A program made the translations under genes and the position numbers. DNA of 64,000 nucleotides from Takakia lepidozioides (taxonomy: Eukaryota > Plantae > Bryophyta), in the NCBI GenBank assembly GCA_030704615.1, contig CM060733.1, forward strand, positions 38,068,001-38,132,000, in the 5' to 3' direction. The notes under the pieces are model-generated. The model was not told the DNA's origin, ran no database searches, and was given only the letters and a program-made list of their open reading frames with translations. Position 1 is the stretch's first letter. Every line of letters starts with the position of its first letter. Positions 1-11,689 of this stretch are shown here, piece by piece.

Positions 1-1193
1 ACTACTTCATAGGAAGCTACTTAGACAAGTTGAGAAGTTGTGAAACACATAAGGGAGAGAAGAATGACATTTATTTCGTTTACTGGATGCTGGAAGGGCA
101 TGTGGAACTAAAGGAAACTTTGAATGAGATTTCAAGACTTAAAGAGAAAAAAAGGGGAAAGAACAAAATAGTACCTCTCCCACAGGGCAGAAGAGTCCCA
201 TTACCATTCTGTAAAAGGAAAGAAAGATAGCAACTTTATGACGTCAACAGATGAGTTGGTTTTACTACATCCAAGTAGAAACAGAAGGGGGAAAAAGGAC
301 AATGTTAAGTCCACAGCGGAAGACCTCATTTGGCCCACAAGAAGCCGAAGTGCCTAACAAACCTTTCCAAGATCAAAGCGAGACTGCAGATCACTGCTGA
401 GCTTGCCTAACAATGCTGGGAGACAAAGTGCCTCGTGCATGTATGCTGTTAAACCTGTTCTGATCCTTATACCTGAAGGTTGCTGACAAAGTTTCTGAAA
501 ATACAGTAGTAAATTATCTGATCTCATAGTACCTCACTGGGCAGGAGCAAAGAATTGTGATTCTTTCTCCACCTGATCTAGGTTGCATATTGGACAGATA
601 TCCTTTTGAGGTGTTTCACCCCATCTACCTGTCTGGATCTGTGCATTGTCTTAACTGACTTTGAAATTGCCCAAACCCTCATGAGGGGCGAGCAACTAGG
701 GCATGAGGATGTTAGTATCTCTGAAATTTGTAATAGGATCTTTGGAAAAATGGACCTTTCAGACCCCCACTCTCCCTTGGATCTTGATCAGCCTTTTCCT
801 GTCCTGCCTTTGAGGAAAACGCCTTGGGGTCAATCAAAAGGTGGCATTGTTCCAGTATAGAGACCATGTGGGAAGACGGATTATCTGACTTGAGAACCAG
901 CATCCAGCATCCCGTGACCCCTGCGTTGCTGATCTCTTAGTCACTGCAAAGCCCTGGCAGCCAATATTCTGGTAGCAACCTAAGTCTGTTGAGGTTTGCT
1001 CGACACCTCTCTGCTGGTCTGTCGGTCTGTTACCTACCCTGCCAGGGTCGGCATTTCATGGAGTGCCAAGGCCTTGACCAAGGGTTTTGGTTTATAGAAG
1101 AAAGGAAGGAAGGGAGGATGACCATGGGAGGCCCAAGGGGCCCACTGGACACTGGATGACCTTAATAACCTTAGAACCGAATTGTGACTGCAG

Positions 1194-3276
1194 GAGAATT
1201 CACCAGGGCAGTAGCAGAGGTGCCAGAACTGGTGAAACTAGTGGCGAATTTGAAGATGGAAAGAGACCATCTCATCACCAAGCTTGAAGCTGTAGAAAGT
1301 GATAGAGATGAAGTTCACACACGGCTACAGGCAGAGAAGCATGAGCTAACGCAGATCTATTCAGGCTCACAGCAGGAAGCCCAAACCCTGAAGAAACACC
1401 TTGACAGTGCACATTCTTTGCTTCTTGCTCCACCTGCACTCTCTCATGATGAGCTTTTGAAACAGGTGAGGTGCACCACTCCAGGCCATGGTCTACTGCA
1501 TCAGTTCTATATTACATGCTATACATGCTAAGATCTAGCAAACAATTTGAGGAGACTGTAACCCCCCTACATCTATCTGTGTTGTTCTACTGGGTCCCAT
1601 GCGCCCTCTGGGCCTCCAATGGATGTAATAATTATCTTTCTCTCGAGCAATAGTTTTTGTTTTTGGCTCTGGTTTTGTTTCCTCTCTCATGTTTTCTTCC
1701 ATTTTGTCCCATAAGCTCTATGAGCTTTCCGCGGACATTATAAGCACCATTTCATGTCATTTCTCTGTGTAGGAACTTACCAAGTCCCTCAGAGCTTCAA
1801 ATCTGCAAATCTCGAACTACCTTTCAGTTCATTTGAGCTTTCTGCAGATGTTATAAAGTACCATTTCATTTCATCCCCGTAGGTTAGGGTCCTCCACGAA
1901 TAATTCTTTCTCTCTATCCTCACTCTGTTGTTAACAGTCCCCATGCACTCATATGTCAGAGACAGAGTATAACTGGAGCGTCGACTTCAGAGGAAGGAGA
2001 GTCTCCATCGCACCCAATAATAAAAGGCATTGCTCTTATGAAGAGAGAGTCTGTCCTCCTCCAAGCAAAACATGCCACAGAGGAGCGAAAAGTCCACGAA
2101 CTGAACCGCCAGGTTACAATACATCACAGAAAGAACGAAGATTTAGTTCGGCATATTACTGCAGCAGAAGGGAAAATCCGTGAGTTGAGCCAGCAATTAA
2201 CCGCAGTTGAGGGTTGGGCGGAAAATTTCAGCAGACAGGCATCTGCAGTGGATGATCAAGCACAGATTCTTGCAATGCAGATGGCCGCAGCAGAAAGTGC
2301 ACTGGAGAGTTTGTATGCATTGATATTCTCAGAGCCAAGGCCAACTCCTACACAGATGTCCGAAACTGCGAAGTCTAGCCTCAAGAGCACAGGCGGGGAT
2401 CTCAGTGACAAGATAAAGGAAGTGCACAGTAAAGTAGAGGAGGTAATTTTCTCTGTTAAAGCATCTGTAAGTTGATCTTGGGCATGGATTGCCCAGTAAG
2501 TCATGCCTTTGTCTCTACATTTTTCGTTATAAAGTACCATTTCATTTCTTTCTGAAGCTACCATCTGCAGTCTCCACTGTATCGAGACTATCTTGGTCAG
2601 CCAATCTGTAGCATGCACTCACAAGCTGGGCCCTTAAGCAGTCAGTCTCATCTGCCAATCCAGTAAAGAAGACTGTCCAATTGCTCAAAACATGACATCA
2701 TGCATATTTGGGTAATAGGTCCAAAAAGCAAAAGAGGCCGAGATACAGAGGCTTGCCAAGGCTGTGACCTCCTTGAAGTTGGAAATCGAGACCCTGGGCA
2801 GCAAAATGATTGAACAGGAAGGAAGTGCTGAGAAATCTAATTTGAAGGCCCAATATGTGGACAATTTGAAGAAAGAGGTCTTAAGGCTTGGAGGTATCAG
2901 ATATTGACCCACTCAAGTCTAACCCCTTCATTAGTACAGGGATAGTTGAGTGTTCGTCATTTAGGGCCAAATTTGCATGCCAACCTACAGATTTGGATTG
3001 AACTGAAAATCTTTGTATAAACTACATGAGGTTTTCTACTACAGATCGTCAGATTTGTGTCTTAAGGAGTACTTACTCGGTTGATTGGGTGAAGTAATGA
3101 TTGCGAATACAAAACTTTCCGCATCTAACGGAGGCTCAACTATATATATGTGCTCAGTTTTCGCTTGGAAGCAAGTGCTATGTTAGTGACAATGAACTCA
3201 TATCTCTTGTCCATGCGAAGGGTTTGATTTGTTGGACGAGCGAGAGAGATTAAGGAGGGACGATGCTGCTGAACGG
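1194..3276 (+). CDS. Partial multi-exon gene for an unidentified coiled-coil protein (ends not resolved)
   Basis: In-frame exons with AG/GT borders at approx. 1194-1465, 1960/1966-2442, 2719-2893 and 3221-3276. The translation is heptad-like and rich in E/K/L/Q (e.g. ELVKLVANLKMERDHLITKLEAVE, VQKAKEAEIQRLAKAVTSLKLEIE). No family recognised. Confidence 0.45.
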
Positions 3277-4397
3277 GTAAGATTGTTGATCTTGTGCCAA
3301 AAAGTTGCACTCTTCAGAACTACAGTTGCTAGGCGCACTGAGGGAGGAAACGACCTATCAATTGTTCGGAATTTTTGCGTTGTTGTCAAAAGCTCATTTC
3401 CTGATGTCCCTAGAATGGACAAGTGGCAAATGATCGTCTGCATCAATATGGTACTTTACTACTTGGATTTCAAGCAAGTGGGCATTCTTGGATTTTCAGG
3501 TTCACCTCGAGAATTCCAGGTAGGTGGCTGTGAATGATGGACAGAACTGTAGAATGCTACCATGAGACAAGTATGCCTTCCAGATTTCCCATTAAAATGC
3601 CTCCATCCAACAGGAAAAACCATACATTGTGAAAACACATCAAATGTGAGACCTCATTACCTTCCAATGTTGAATCAGAGATCTTCTGATTCCTTTTAAG
3701 TTGGGTCCAGGTAAGGGATATCATAAGCACAGCAGCTGTAGTGGAAAGAGGAACTATTCGACGGAGGAGTAGCGTCCCAGGGGTAAGTTGCTGTGCAATA
3801 GACGAGCTATTCTCTCATTTCGTTTGGTAATCTGATGTGGAACTTGCCTGTCCCTTCAGGCCTCCTGTGTACATCATACATTTCTTCTTCTTCCCTTTCT
3901 TCTTCTTCTCATTCTCCTCTCTCTTTCCTGTGTACGGAATAAATTTCTTTCCTTCTTTTTCGTTTTCTCTTCCATAAAAATATAGAGCTGTCCCAAGTCA
4001 AGACCATTGACAAACATATGCAGACGGCTGAGCCACTGAGCTTCGAACTATGACTTTCTTTCTACATCCAAGCAAGCACTACACAGCTGGAGAACTCCCA
4101 GTAAGAGTAGTTGTCCTCTTGCTTATATCTTTGGAAGTGTGTGCCCAGAGGAATGATCAAAGCCATGAATTTCCAGTCCCGGTGAATGTAATGAAGAAAG
4201 ATTGGCTGCTCCAAAAGAATCTCACCCTGAAAAGAATAACTTGGGAGCCACAGTTGGGGCAGGTGAAATCCTCTGTGCCAGCCAGTCCATTGCTTAAGCT
4301 TGCCACATTTCAAGTGGATCTTCTAGTAAACAGCAAGGTCAGACCCTTCTGTGCTAACTTTTCCTTACCTGTACAACTTGGAGAGGGAGGGAATAGA

Positions 4398-5390
4398 TTG
4401 TACTCATAAGACGTTGTTTGCCGTAGCCTTGTGGCCATTGACCCCGCGCCCAGTTTGAGCGGGAACAAAAGGGACAGAACCTACCTCTGTCAGGGGCTGA
4501 CGTTGGTAGTAAGACTTACCTCCATATAAAGAATTAATCCGGGTTTTCCAGATATCCTCTAGAAATCCCTTCACACAAGCATCAATCTGCTGTGTGTGAT
4601 TTGCCCAAAAACTAGGCCTCAGGAGGGCCTGGGCTTTTGGCTCAGCCTCGAGACTTTCAAAGTTGGTAAACAGGGGTACAGGCACAATTCCCTTAATAGA
4701 TTTGAAGAGAGCGTCTCTTTGGTGAGAGAACCCCGGACAGTGTATCAGAAAATGAATACTGTCTTCAGATTGCCCACACAACGGGCAATTGCACTCCCCT
4801 TTCCTCTCTGCTTCTGTTTGCTGTTCAAAGGTAGGCTTCCTGCCCTGAGTTTAAATTTCAGTCTAGTGCCGAGAGTGGGTAGACCCTTGAGGTCATCCAA
4901 GATGTCCTCCCCCATGTCACAGACTGGAAACAAGTTCAGGGAAGTTTTCTGCCTAACTTCATTTTCATCAGACAATCTCATGGCAACAGACATGGCTGAG
5001 GACACTACAGCCTCTAAGTCAGATTTATCCAGCAGGGTCAAGACTTGCGGATCCAGGTCCAGGTCCTTGAGGATCTCTTCTACTCTCTTCTGCCAGGACT
5101 TAGCCTGTTTGACAGGGCGGTCCTGTTTCCAAGATATAGAGTCGATTAATTTAGGATATCTGGTGTTGGGCATATGTTGCAGCTGACCCCACCATCTGAC
5201 CTTGAATTCATCTCGTCGGGAGCTTAAGGACGGAATGCCAAACTCACCCCGAACAGCCACATTGGCTGTTTTGGAGCATGCTGACATACACTCCTTAAGC
5301 ACCCCACTTGAATGGATTCTAGAGACTTAGCCTGGTTGGAGTTATCAACCCATATAGCAGATCCGTACTCCAAGGCAGGTCTAATAACGC
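4398..5390 (-). mobile_element. 5'-truncated non-LTR retrotransposon (RTE-X/I-group-like), 3' kb of ORF2
   Basis: Minus strand reads IRPALEYGSAIW...ANVAVRGEFGIPSLSSRR, then after a frameshift a CCHC knuckle CPLCGQSEDSIHFLIHC, ending ...ATANNVL*. A 13-bp TSD gggagggaataga lies at 4385-4397 and 5391-5403. Confidence 0.9.
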
Positions 5391-6769
5391 GGGAGGGAAT
5401 AGAGAAGGGGGAGAGGGGTGTGTACTTGTTTGATTTTTTTTTGTTGTAGCCTTCTGATGTATTCTTGCAACCAGTCTAAAAAGTCGGGGAAGTGGGCTTG
5501 GGGGGATGAAGAAAGAGAAGAGTGGCTTGCCAGCCAGCCAGGCTTGCTTCAGTATTTGGCACGTACCTCCATAGAGAGAGACAAGAGAGTTGGGGCTGGA
5601 TATGTGATCATTGTTTAGCTTTTGTGTTGCTTATCTTTGATTTATCAATGGAACCAGGCATGGGATATGAGTGGTAATGTCAAAGGTAATCTTGTCCACT
5701 CAACTCCAGAGACATATATATGGCAAAGTTGATTGGTCGTCTTTTCAGGTGTTTTACCTTCTGCTGAGGGGAGTAGAATGTTTACTTCATACGTGCTGCT
5801 GTAAATGTGGAACTGCCATAGGTCTCTTACAGCCAACAATGTGCTGGTACAAACTTCAGCTTCTAGATCATGTTAGACACAAGCTGAAAGTATTGGAGGG
5901 AGAGAGATTGAGAGAAAATGTCCCTGTCAAATTGACCATAAGTAGGAGCTCACTTCCAAAGTAAATATTCTCTTTGGGTGTGTGCCTCAACTGAGCACTA
6001 AAATAGTTAAGTATATCCTGCTGACCCAATCTCCTTCATCTTAACTGACCTCTCGTATCTGTGGAAATCAGGTGTATCAACCCCTCGAAGTTGGGGGCAA
6101 CCTCGGTGGGATATGCCAGGCGGCTGTCCACTATTTCCGGGTTGATGCCCAACAGGGTGGCATCACTTTTGAGAATGCAACACTCCCTGGATCCCAGTCT
6201 TCCAATCTGCTCATTGACTTGGTTCTCTCTCGCCACAGCTTGCTGTGCTGGCTCACTTTCTTTTCTGCAATGGTTATAAAGGAGTACTGGTTGTTCATTT
6301 TACTCAAGAGTGTGTAACGACGTGACTGCCATTGTGCAGATGCTTTTGCCTGTTGATGCAAAGAAATCATATGAGACAAAGGCAGGTGATATCCTTGGAC
6401 TTCACATACGGGTAACTCCGCTCCCCCTACAGTGTTGTTATGTACAACTAAGCGAATTGGTTCCTACGATTTTCTATGCATTTGATATTATATATATCTG
6501 AGTTTTGGGTCTGTGCAGAGACCATTGTCTTCCATGGAATCAATGAGTAACATGGAGAGTTGGTTTGCAGATGATGCAGGAACAAGCCACCCGTGAAGTT
6601 TTGTATAACAACAGTGTCGTCCACACTGATGAGGTTTCTCCTTACTTGTCTTCGCCCAGCTTACCTTCTCTCCTTTATCCATCTCCAGTCCGCGTTGTGA
6701 GACTGCAGATTTGGATGTCATTGACTGAGAGAGCTACAGCAGTTCCAGACTGAGATTGTCACCTAACCA

Positions 6770-7315
6770 ACGCTTGTGTAAGGGCTTTCTAGAGGAAATA
6801 TGGAAAGCCCAAACAAATTGTTTATATCAATGTTAAGTCCCACTACTGGAGTGAGCCCCTTGCTGGAGGTGTCAAGGCTATAGCCCTTGCACGGCACTCT
6901 GAGAACAGAAAGGGACGGGTAGCTCAGTGGTAGAGCACCCCACCGGAATGGGGGAGGTCCTAGGTTCAATCCCAAGCCCGACCATACGCCAGTGGTTTTC
7001 CAACATGGTATCAGAGTCAAGGTTGGGGCGGTGGTCAGAATGGGTGGGCATCAGCTATAAGGGCTATGCCTTGAGGGGGAGTGTTGGAGGTGTCAAGGCT
7101 ATAGCCCTTGCACGGCACTGTGAGAACAGAAAGGGACGGGTAGCTCAGTGGTAGAGCACCCCACCGGAATGGGGGAGGTCCTAGGTTCAATCCCTAGCCC
7201 GACCATACGCCAGTGGTTTTCCAACACCCCTCACAAAGGTAGTGTCTGTTTGCTCTTGTTCTTCCCAAACTGGGCACAGGGTCTATGGCCACGAAGCTAT
7301 GGCTTAATAGTACAT
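6770..7315 (+). mobile_element. Old degenerate 3' end of the same LINE family, interrupted by the TRIM
   Basis: 6771-6810 and 7227-7315 align with the reverse complement of 4400-4590 (gggctttctagagga...; aaactgggc...ggccac...agtaca). Confidence 0.7.
6861..7226 (+). mobile_element. TRIM (miniature LTR retrotransposon) with tRNA-like sequence in each LTR (Helenus-like)
   Basis: LTRs at 6861-7005 and 7082-7226 (145 bp, TG...CA, 3 differences). PBS tggtatcagag (tRNA-iMet type) at 7006, PPT gagggggag at 7073-7081, and 5-bp TSD cccct at 6856-6860 and 7227-7231. Each LTR has an A-box tagctcagtggtaga and a B-box ggttcaatcc. Confidence 0.95.
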
Positions 7316-8795
7316 TCTCTCACACTCTATCTATCCCTCCTGCAAGAAGATATGGGCCTCTGAGTACCGTGTACCTCCCTTGTACCAACGCTGCACTGAG
7401 TGAATTGCCAACCCAGAACCTGAAAACACAACATCGAGGGACGAATCCAAAAACAATCAGTCGAGTAAAACAGCATCTACCTCCCCAGACACGTAAACTG
7501 CCACCACTAGTATGAATACAATATACTTGCATTAAGTGGAGAATAAGAGAACGCGTGGTCGATACAGGTGTTGGAGGCAATTCATGGACAACCAATTGAC
7601 AGTTTCTCCCTTTGGCCTGATCTTGTTAGTAGCTGGCGCTGGGAACGCACATCCAAAAATAGGTGTGTGTCTGCCACCTGTGACTGGCCTGGATTTAAAC
7701 TGGGTGGATGTTGAAGCTGTAATTTTTGCCACCATGATGGGGACTGTGCCCTTGCTGCATCCCTCCATTTACCAGTTGATTCATAATTGTCTAAGGCACC
7801 ATCCAGTTGCCAACGCTGTTGCCTGTGAGAGAGAGGTGACCACCCAACTGAAAGGAGATATATCCATGGCCATAAGGCTACAGCATCTATGCAATGACAA
7901 AGAAAATACTTCATGATTGCATTTCCAGCTGCACCCTGAATTGGCAGCTCAGCTGTACAGAAAGTGCCCAGTAGGTTTGTAAGCTCTGCAACAACTGCAA
8001 GCAAGATGACGCCAAAAGATGACAGCATGCAATGTACCTTGCAGGTGGAGTTTGGTGTGTGTGAGGTGGCGTTTTCTATTCAAGAACATCTTCCCCGACC
8101 TCAGCGAGGCCCTCCAAACGCTGTGCATCACTGGCCCCATGCGCCCACGACAGAGCTCAGTGAGTCAGCAGCAACTGGAGAAGCAAAGCCAACCAGTGGC
8201 CTAGTAAGTAGGCATTGTGGACTCACATTTCAAATAATATTTAATAAATTGAAATTGGGACAAATCCGCCGCCGAAGTTGGTAAGGTGAGGGAGGATAAA
8301 TTACCTAGTAGAGGTAGAAAAAGGTTCCAAAACAATTCAATGGTGGTTTACAATATCGGTTCTGAAAAATGCAGGGGGTGTTTGTTAGGAGCAGTTCATC
8401 CTCACAAAGCACTGCCTGAAAATGGGCTAGATTACGTCGCTCTGCCCGGGCAATTCTGGATTCCCAGGGGCAATCTCATAATCCGATCAGGGGCAGAAGA
8501 AATATTTTAGTGGGCTTCATGCGCCTCTCAGATCCAGGAAAGTCAAGAATTTTTCTTACATATAACACACCTTTTGGGACATGGTTTGCTTAGGAGCAAA
8601 TGAGGTCTAGAAGGTCAAAAAATGCAGGGCAGCAAAAAATCTCACAAAGAATATTGCAATTCATCCGACATTTTCTAGGGATGCCCAACACCTTGTTTCA
8701 TATATTGTGGGGAAATCTCAATTTGTTTGGATGAAATCTATTGGGTATTGCATTGTGAGATGAAAGAGCTCCCTCTCAAACAATGGGTGGTTGGG

Positions 8796-9876
8796 TTCCC
8801 TTACTTGAGAAGCCAATAAGCGGTATCTGCTAGCCACACTAAACTATACACACAAAAATGGACACAATCCGGTGTACTCCATAACAAACTCTCGAACTAC
8901 TTCTGGCACTCCAAAGCAGCTACTGACGCCTAAATCAAACAGACACTTAAATTCCGATACGCACAATATATGGGACATCAACGTAAACACATATTCTGGC
9001 CACGCCTCTTCCCATCCCCGCACTGCCCCCTCTGTTCTCATACCCACCAGGAACGCGGACACCTGGCCACACCTTCTTAGCCAATGTACACATCCGGTCA
9101 TCCATGCGCTTCGTATAACCCGCCATAACCAAGCAGTCTGGCACATCCATAAACTCCTCCTCCATCGCGCCGAGACAAGATGGTTCTCGCTAATCAATGC
9201 TGGTACTTACCAAGGATGACCCCCAGACCACACCGTCCCCCACTGGATTCTCCCTTGTACTTGCTCCCACCCCCCGTGCACCTGCCCCACCAGACTATGC
9301 CCAGACATCTTGCTTGTACATGGCCTACCCCTAAACTCCCCCCCCCCACCCACCGCTCCAACCCCAAACCTCACCATCTACTTTATTGAATTTACATACT
9401 GCCATGATCGATATCCCGCTGATTCAACGCTAGACAAACGGCTTAAATACTCGCCACTTATCCTTGCGATTCGACATAAGGGCTGGGTCACTGGCCCTTT
9501 GACGGTTATCACGGCTGGCACTCGAGGAGGCATTCATAATGCCAGTATCGATGCACTACACTCTAACTTCAAACTCCCGATCCTCTCCATTCATAAATGT
9601 TTCAAAGCAACACACCTCACAACCCTCCGCTCCCTCATAGCCATTATTACTAACAAACGTAAACTTGAATCTAACCCTTCTCTGGCTCCCGGGATACCTC
9701 AGGTACCCTAGGTACCCTAGGTACCCCAGGTACCGTTGCTCCTCTAGACTCCTAGTGTCCTATGGACACCTTTTTTGAGAGGGCCCACCCCCGAGAGGGG
9801 GCAGTAGCCGTGAGGCGAAGTGGCTCTTAGTTACGTCAGCTTTGGCCGGAGTCTTCTCTCTCTCTCTCTCTCTCTC
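8796..9876 (+). mobile_element. 5'-truncated non-LTR retrotransposon with C-terminal restriction-like endonuclease (Dualen/RandI-like), degenerate
   Basis: Across stops and frameshifts it reads CPLC...DTWPHLLSQC (CCHC), RHNQAV, PDIL, IEFTYCHD, KRLKY and ITAGTRG. It has a (TC)n tail at 9855-9876 and a 10-bp TSD ggtggttggg at 8786-8795 and 9877-9886. Confidence 0.85.
9700..9734. repeat. 9-bp tandem repeat (aggtaccct) x~4 at the ORF stop of the RLE element
   Basis: caggtacccta ggtacccta ggtacccca ggtacc is visible directly. Confidence 0.85.
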
Positions 9877-9967
9877 GGTGGTTGGGCTTTGCCGCCCTCT
9901 GGTGTGGCTGGCTACCTGTTGCCCCAACTGAAAACTTGGGCACTTTACAACAACGTTTGGATGACAT

Positions 9968-10036
9968 AAAGAAAATTCCCCAAATACCTAGAAGAGAAAG
10001 AGTCATAGAAAATGTTAGATATTTTGCCAGATCCAT
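9968..10036 (-). pseudogene. nad4L: NUMT: 5' fragment of mitochondrial nad4L (flank to ~10330 probably also mtDNA-derived)
   Basis: MDLAKYLTFSMTLSLLGIWGIF matches the plant mitochondrial Nad4L N-terminus (MDLVKYLTFSMILFLLGIWGIF). Similarity stops abruptly after ~22 codons. Confidence 0.85.
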
Positions 10037-11689
10037 AGTACTGAAAGTCTTTTTGAAAGCCAGCTCGGTTTCAAGTCAGGCATACGCCGGTTCTGTAGCC
10101 AAACAATATCGCTTTGTATGGCAAGGACGATACGAACTGGAATTGGAACGATCGCCCCATAGTAGGGAGCAATGGAGCTAGTAATGAGTAACAATTCCGT
10201 CAGTATGGCAACTCTACATAATCAGTTACTGATAGCACCAAAAAACAAATGCATACACCGTCTCAAAGACGATTAGTAAATAATGGTCCAATTCAATGAC
10301 GAATTGCTGAAAAAGAAATATGTATATTTTTTTTTCCAGGTCTAAGTTGAGTCCGGCCTTTTGTCAAAGTTTGGCGACTTTTCCATATGCCCAAATAGAT
10401 TATTCGCGTTAGTACTTATCTGTCAGTTGGTAACAAAATTGTCCACTATACAAGTAGTGTAATAAACAACTCTGTTACCACACGTCCAAGCAAGCTAAAG
10501 GGTACATTATCTATCCATGTCGTGCGCCATTGTTAATTAACGGGACACAGTATAGTGGGACATCTCAATGTTGAGGTGATGAGTGGCCTACATGGAAGAT
10601 GTCATGTGATGGTTTTGTTTTTCTAAAGAAAATAGGAACGGAGGCCCTAAAAATCATATCAAGGGAGTCGATGAAAAAATAAACCATAAACCCCATGCCA
10701 ATGCCCTAAACCAGCCCAACCCAACAAGCTCACTAATGAAAGCTTGAAACCTTGTCAACGTAGCATAAGGATGGTTTTTCAAAGTAGTCATTGTCTTGAC
10801 TTCATATTGCACATTTTATGCGCCAGGTGAGACAAGAGAGAGAGATATGACTCCGTCCGGAGCACCAAAAGATTCACTTCACCTTGCGGCTAGGGGCGCG
10901 GTCTATCAAGTGATGCGTCAAAAATGGGATTGTGCCTTTAGGTGACATTGTCCAAAGCATCTCAATTAACACGAGAATTATAAATCTCTGTATTTGTAAT
11001 TATTTCAACTACATACTATCCTATTATTTTACTTTACTTTTAAAAAAACGGATGGAGGCCCTACAATCATATTGAAATTGATCATGGAAAAAAACAACCA
11101 TGAGTGAGGCAAACGAGGCTTACATTGAGATAGCACCAAAGTCACTAAATGCAAGCTCTAAAACAAACAACAAGTTCACTGTTATACAACAGTAAACAAT
11201 GCATGGAAATAAAACTAGGATGAGCCTTTCAGCTCTTCAACTTCTAAATCAAAAGCCAAAAAGTGTAACGCAAGAGAGGCGCAAGAGAAAGCTACGCTTG
11301 CTAAAAACGCACAATATGGAACTACATTGTCCTTAATCAAGAAGCTAAGAACAAGCAAGAATGAAGTTTGATAGGTAGAACGCAAATAGCTAGCAAGGAA
11401 ATCCACAAGAAATAAAGATATGAGTATAGGTTATCCACAATATAGCAACCTTGTGGATCTTGCAGCTGCCACATTGTGCAAGGGAAGAGTCACAATTTTG
11501 GACAATCCATAATCGTGCCGAAGAAGCATGGGGGACAAAGAGGGAGAGACAAAAAAATGTATGAGATGGAAAAATGCAGCTTTTGTGTAGAGCAGTGCTA
11601 GCTATTCATTAAAATGAGCATCCGCGTGGAACACGAAGCGTCTTAGATAACACAACCAGTTGCATGATAGACTAGAATTCATCGATAGT

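Noticed and set aside
5650-6760. Possible gene fragments
   Set aside because: Only short ORFs with no recognisable motif or consistent exon chain.
6912-6984. Functional tRNA gene (and second copy at ~7133-7205)
   Set aside because: It has an irregular anticodon loop, an acceptor-stem mismatch and no oligo-T terminator directly after, and it lies within LTRs of a TSD-flanked element.
7400-8300. Possible degenerate transposase
   Set aside because: No DDE, SWIM or other diagnostic motif could be read in any frame.
9781-9826. Hammerhead or HDV ribozyme
   Set aside because: The CUGANGA/GAAA core and HDV pseudoknot pattern are not present, so it is kept only as an unclassified structure.
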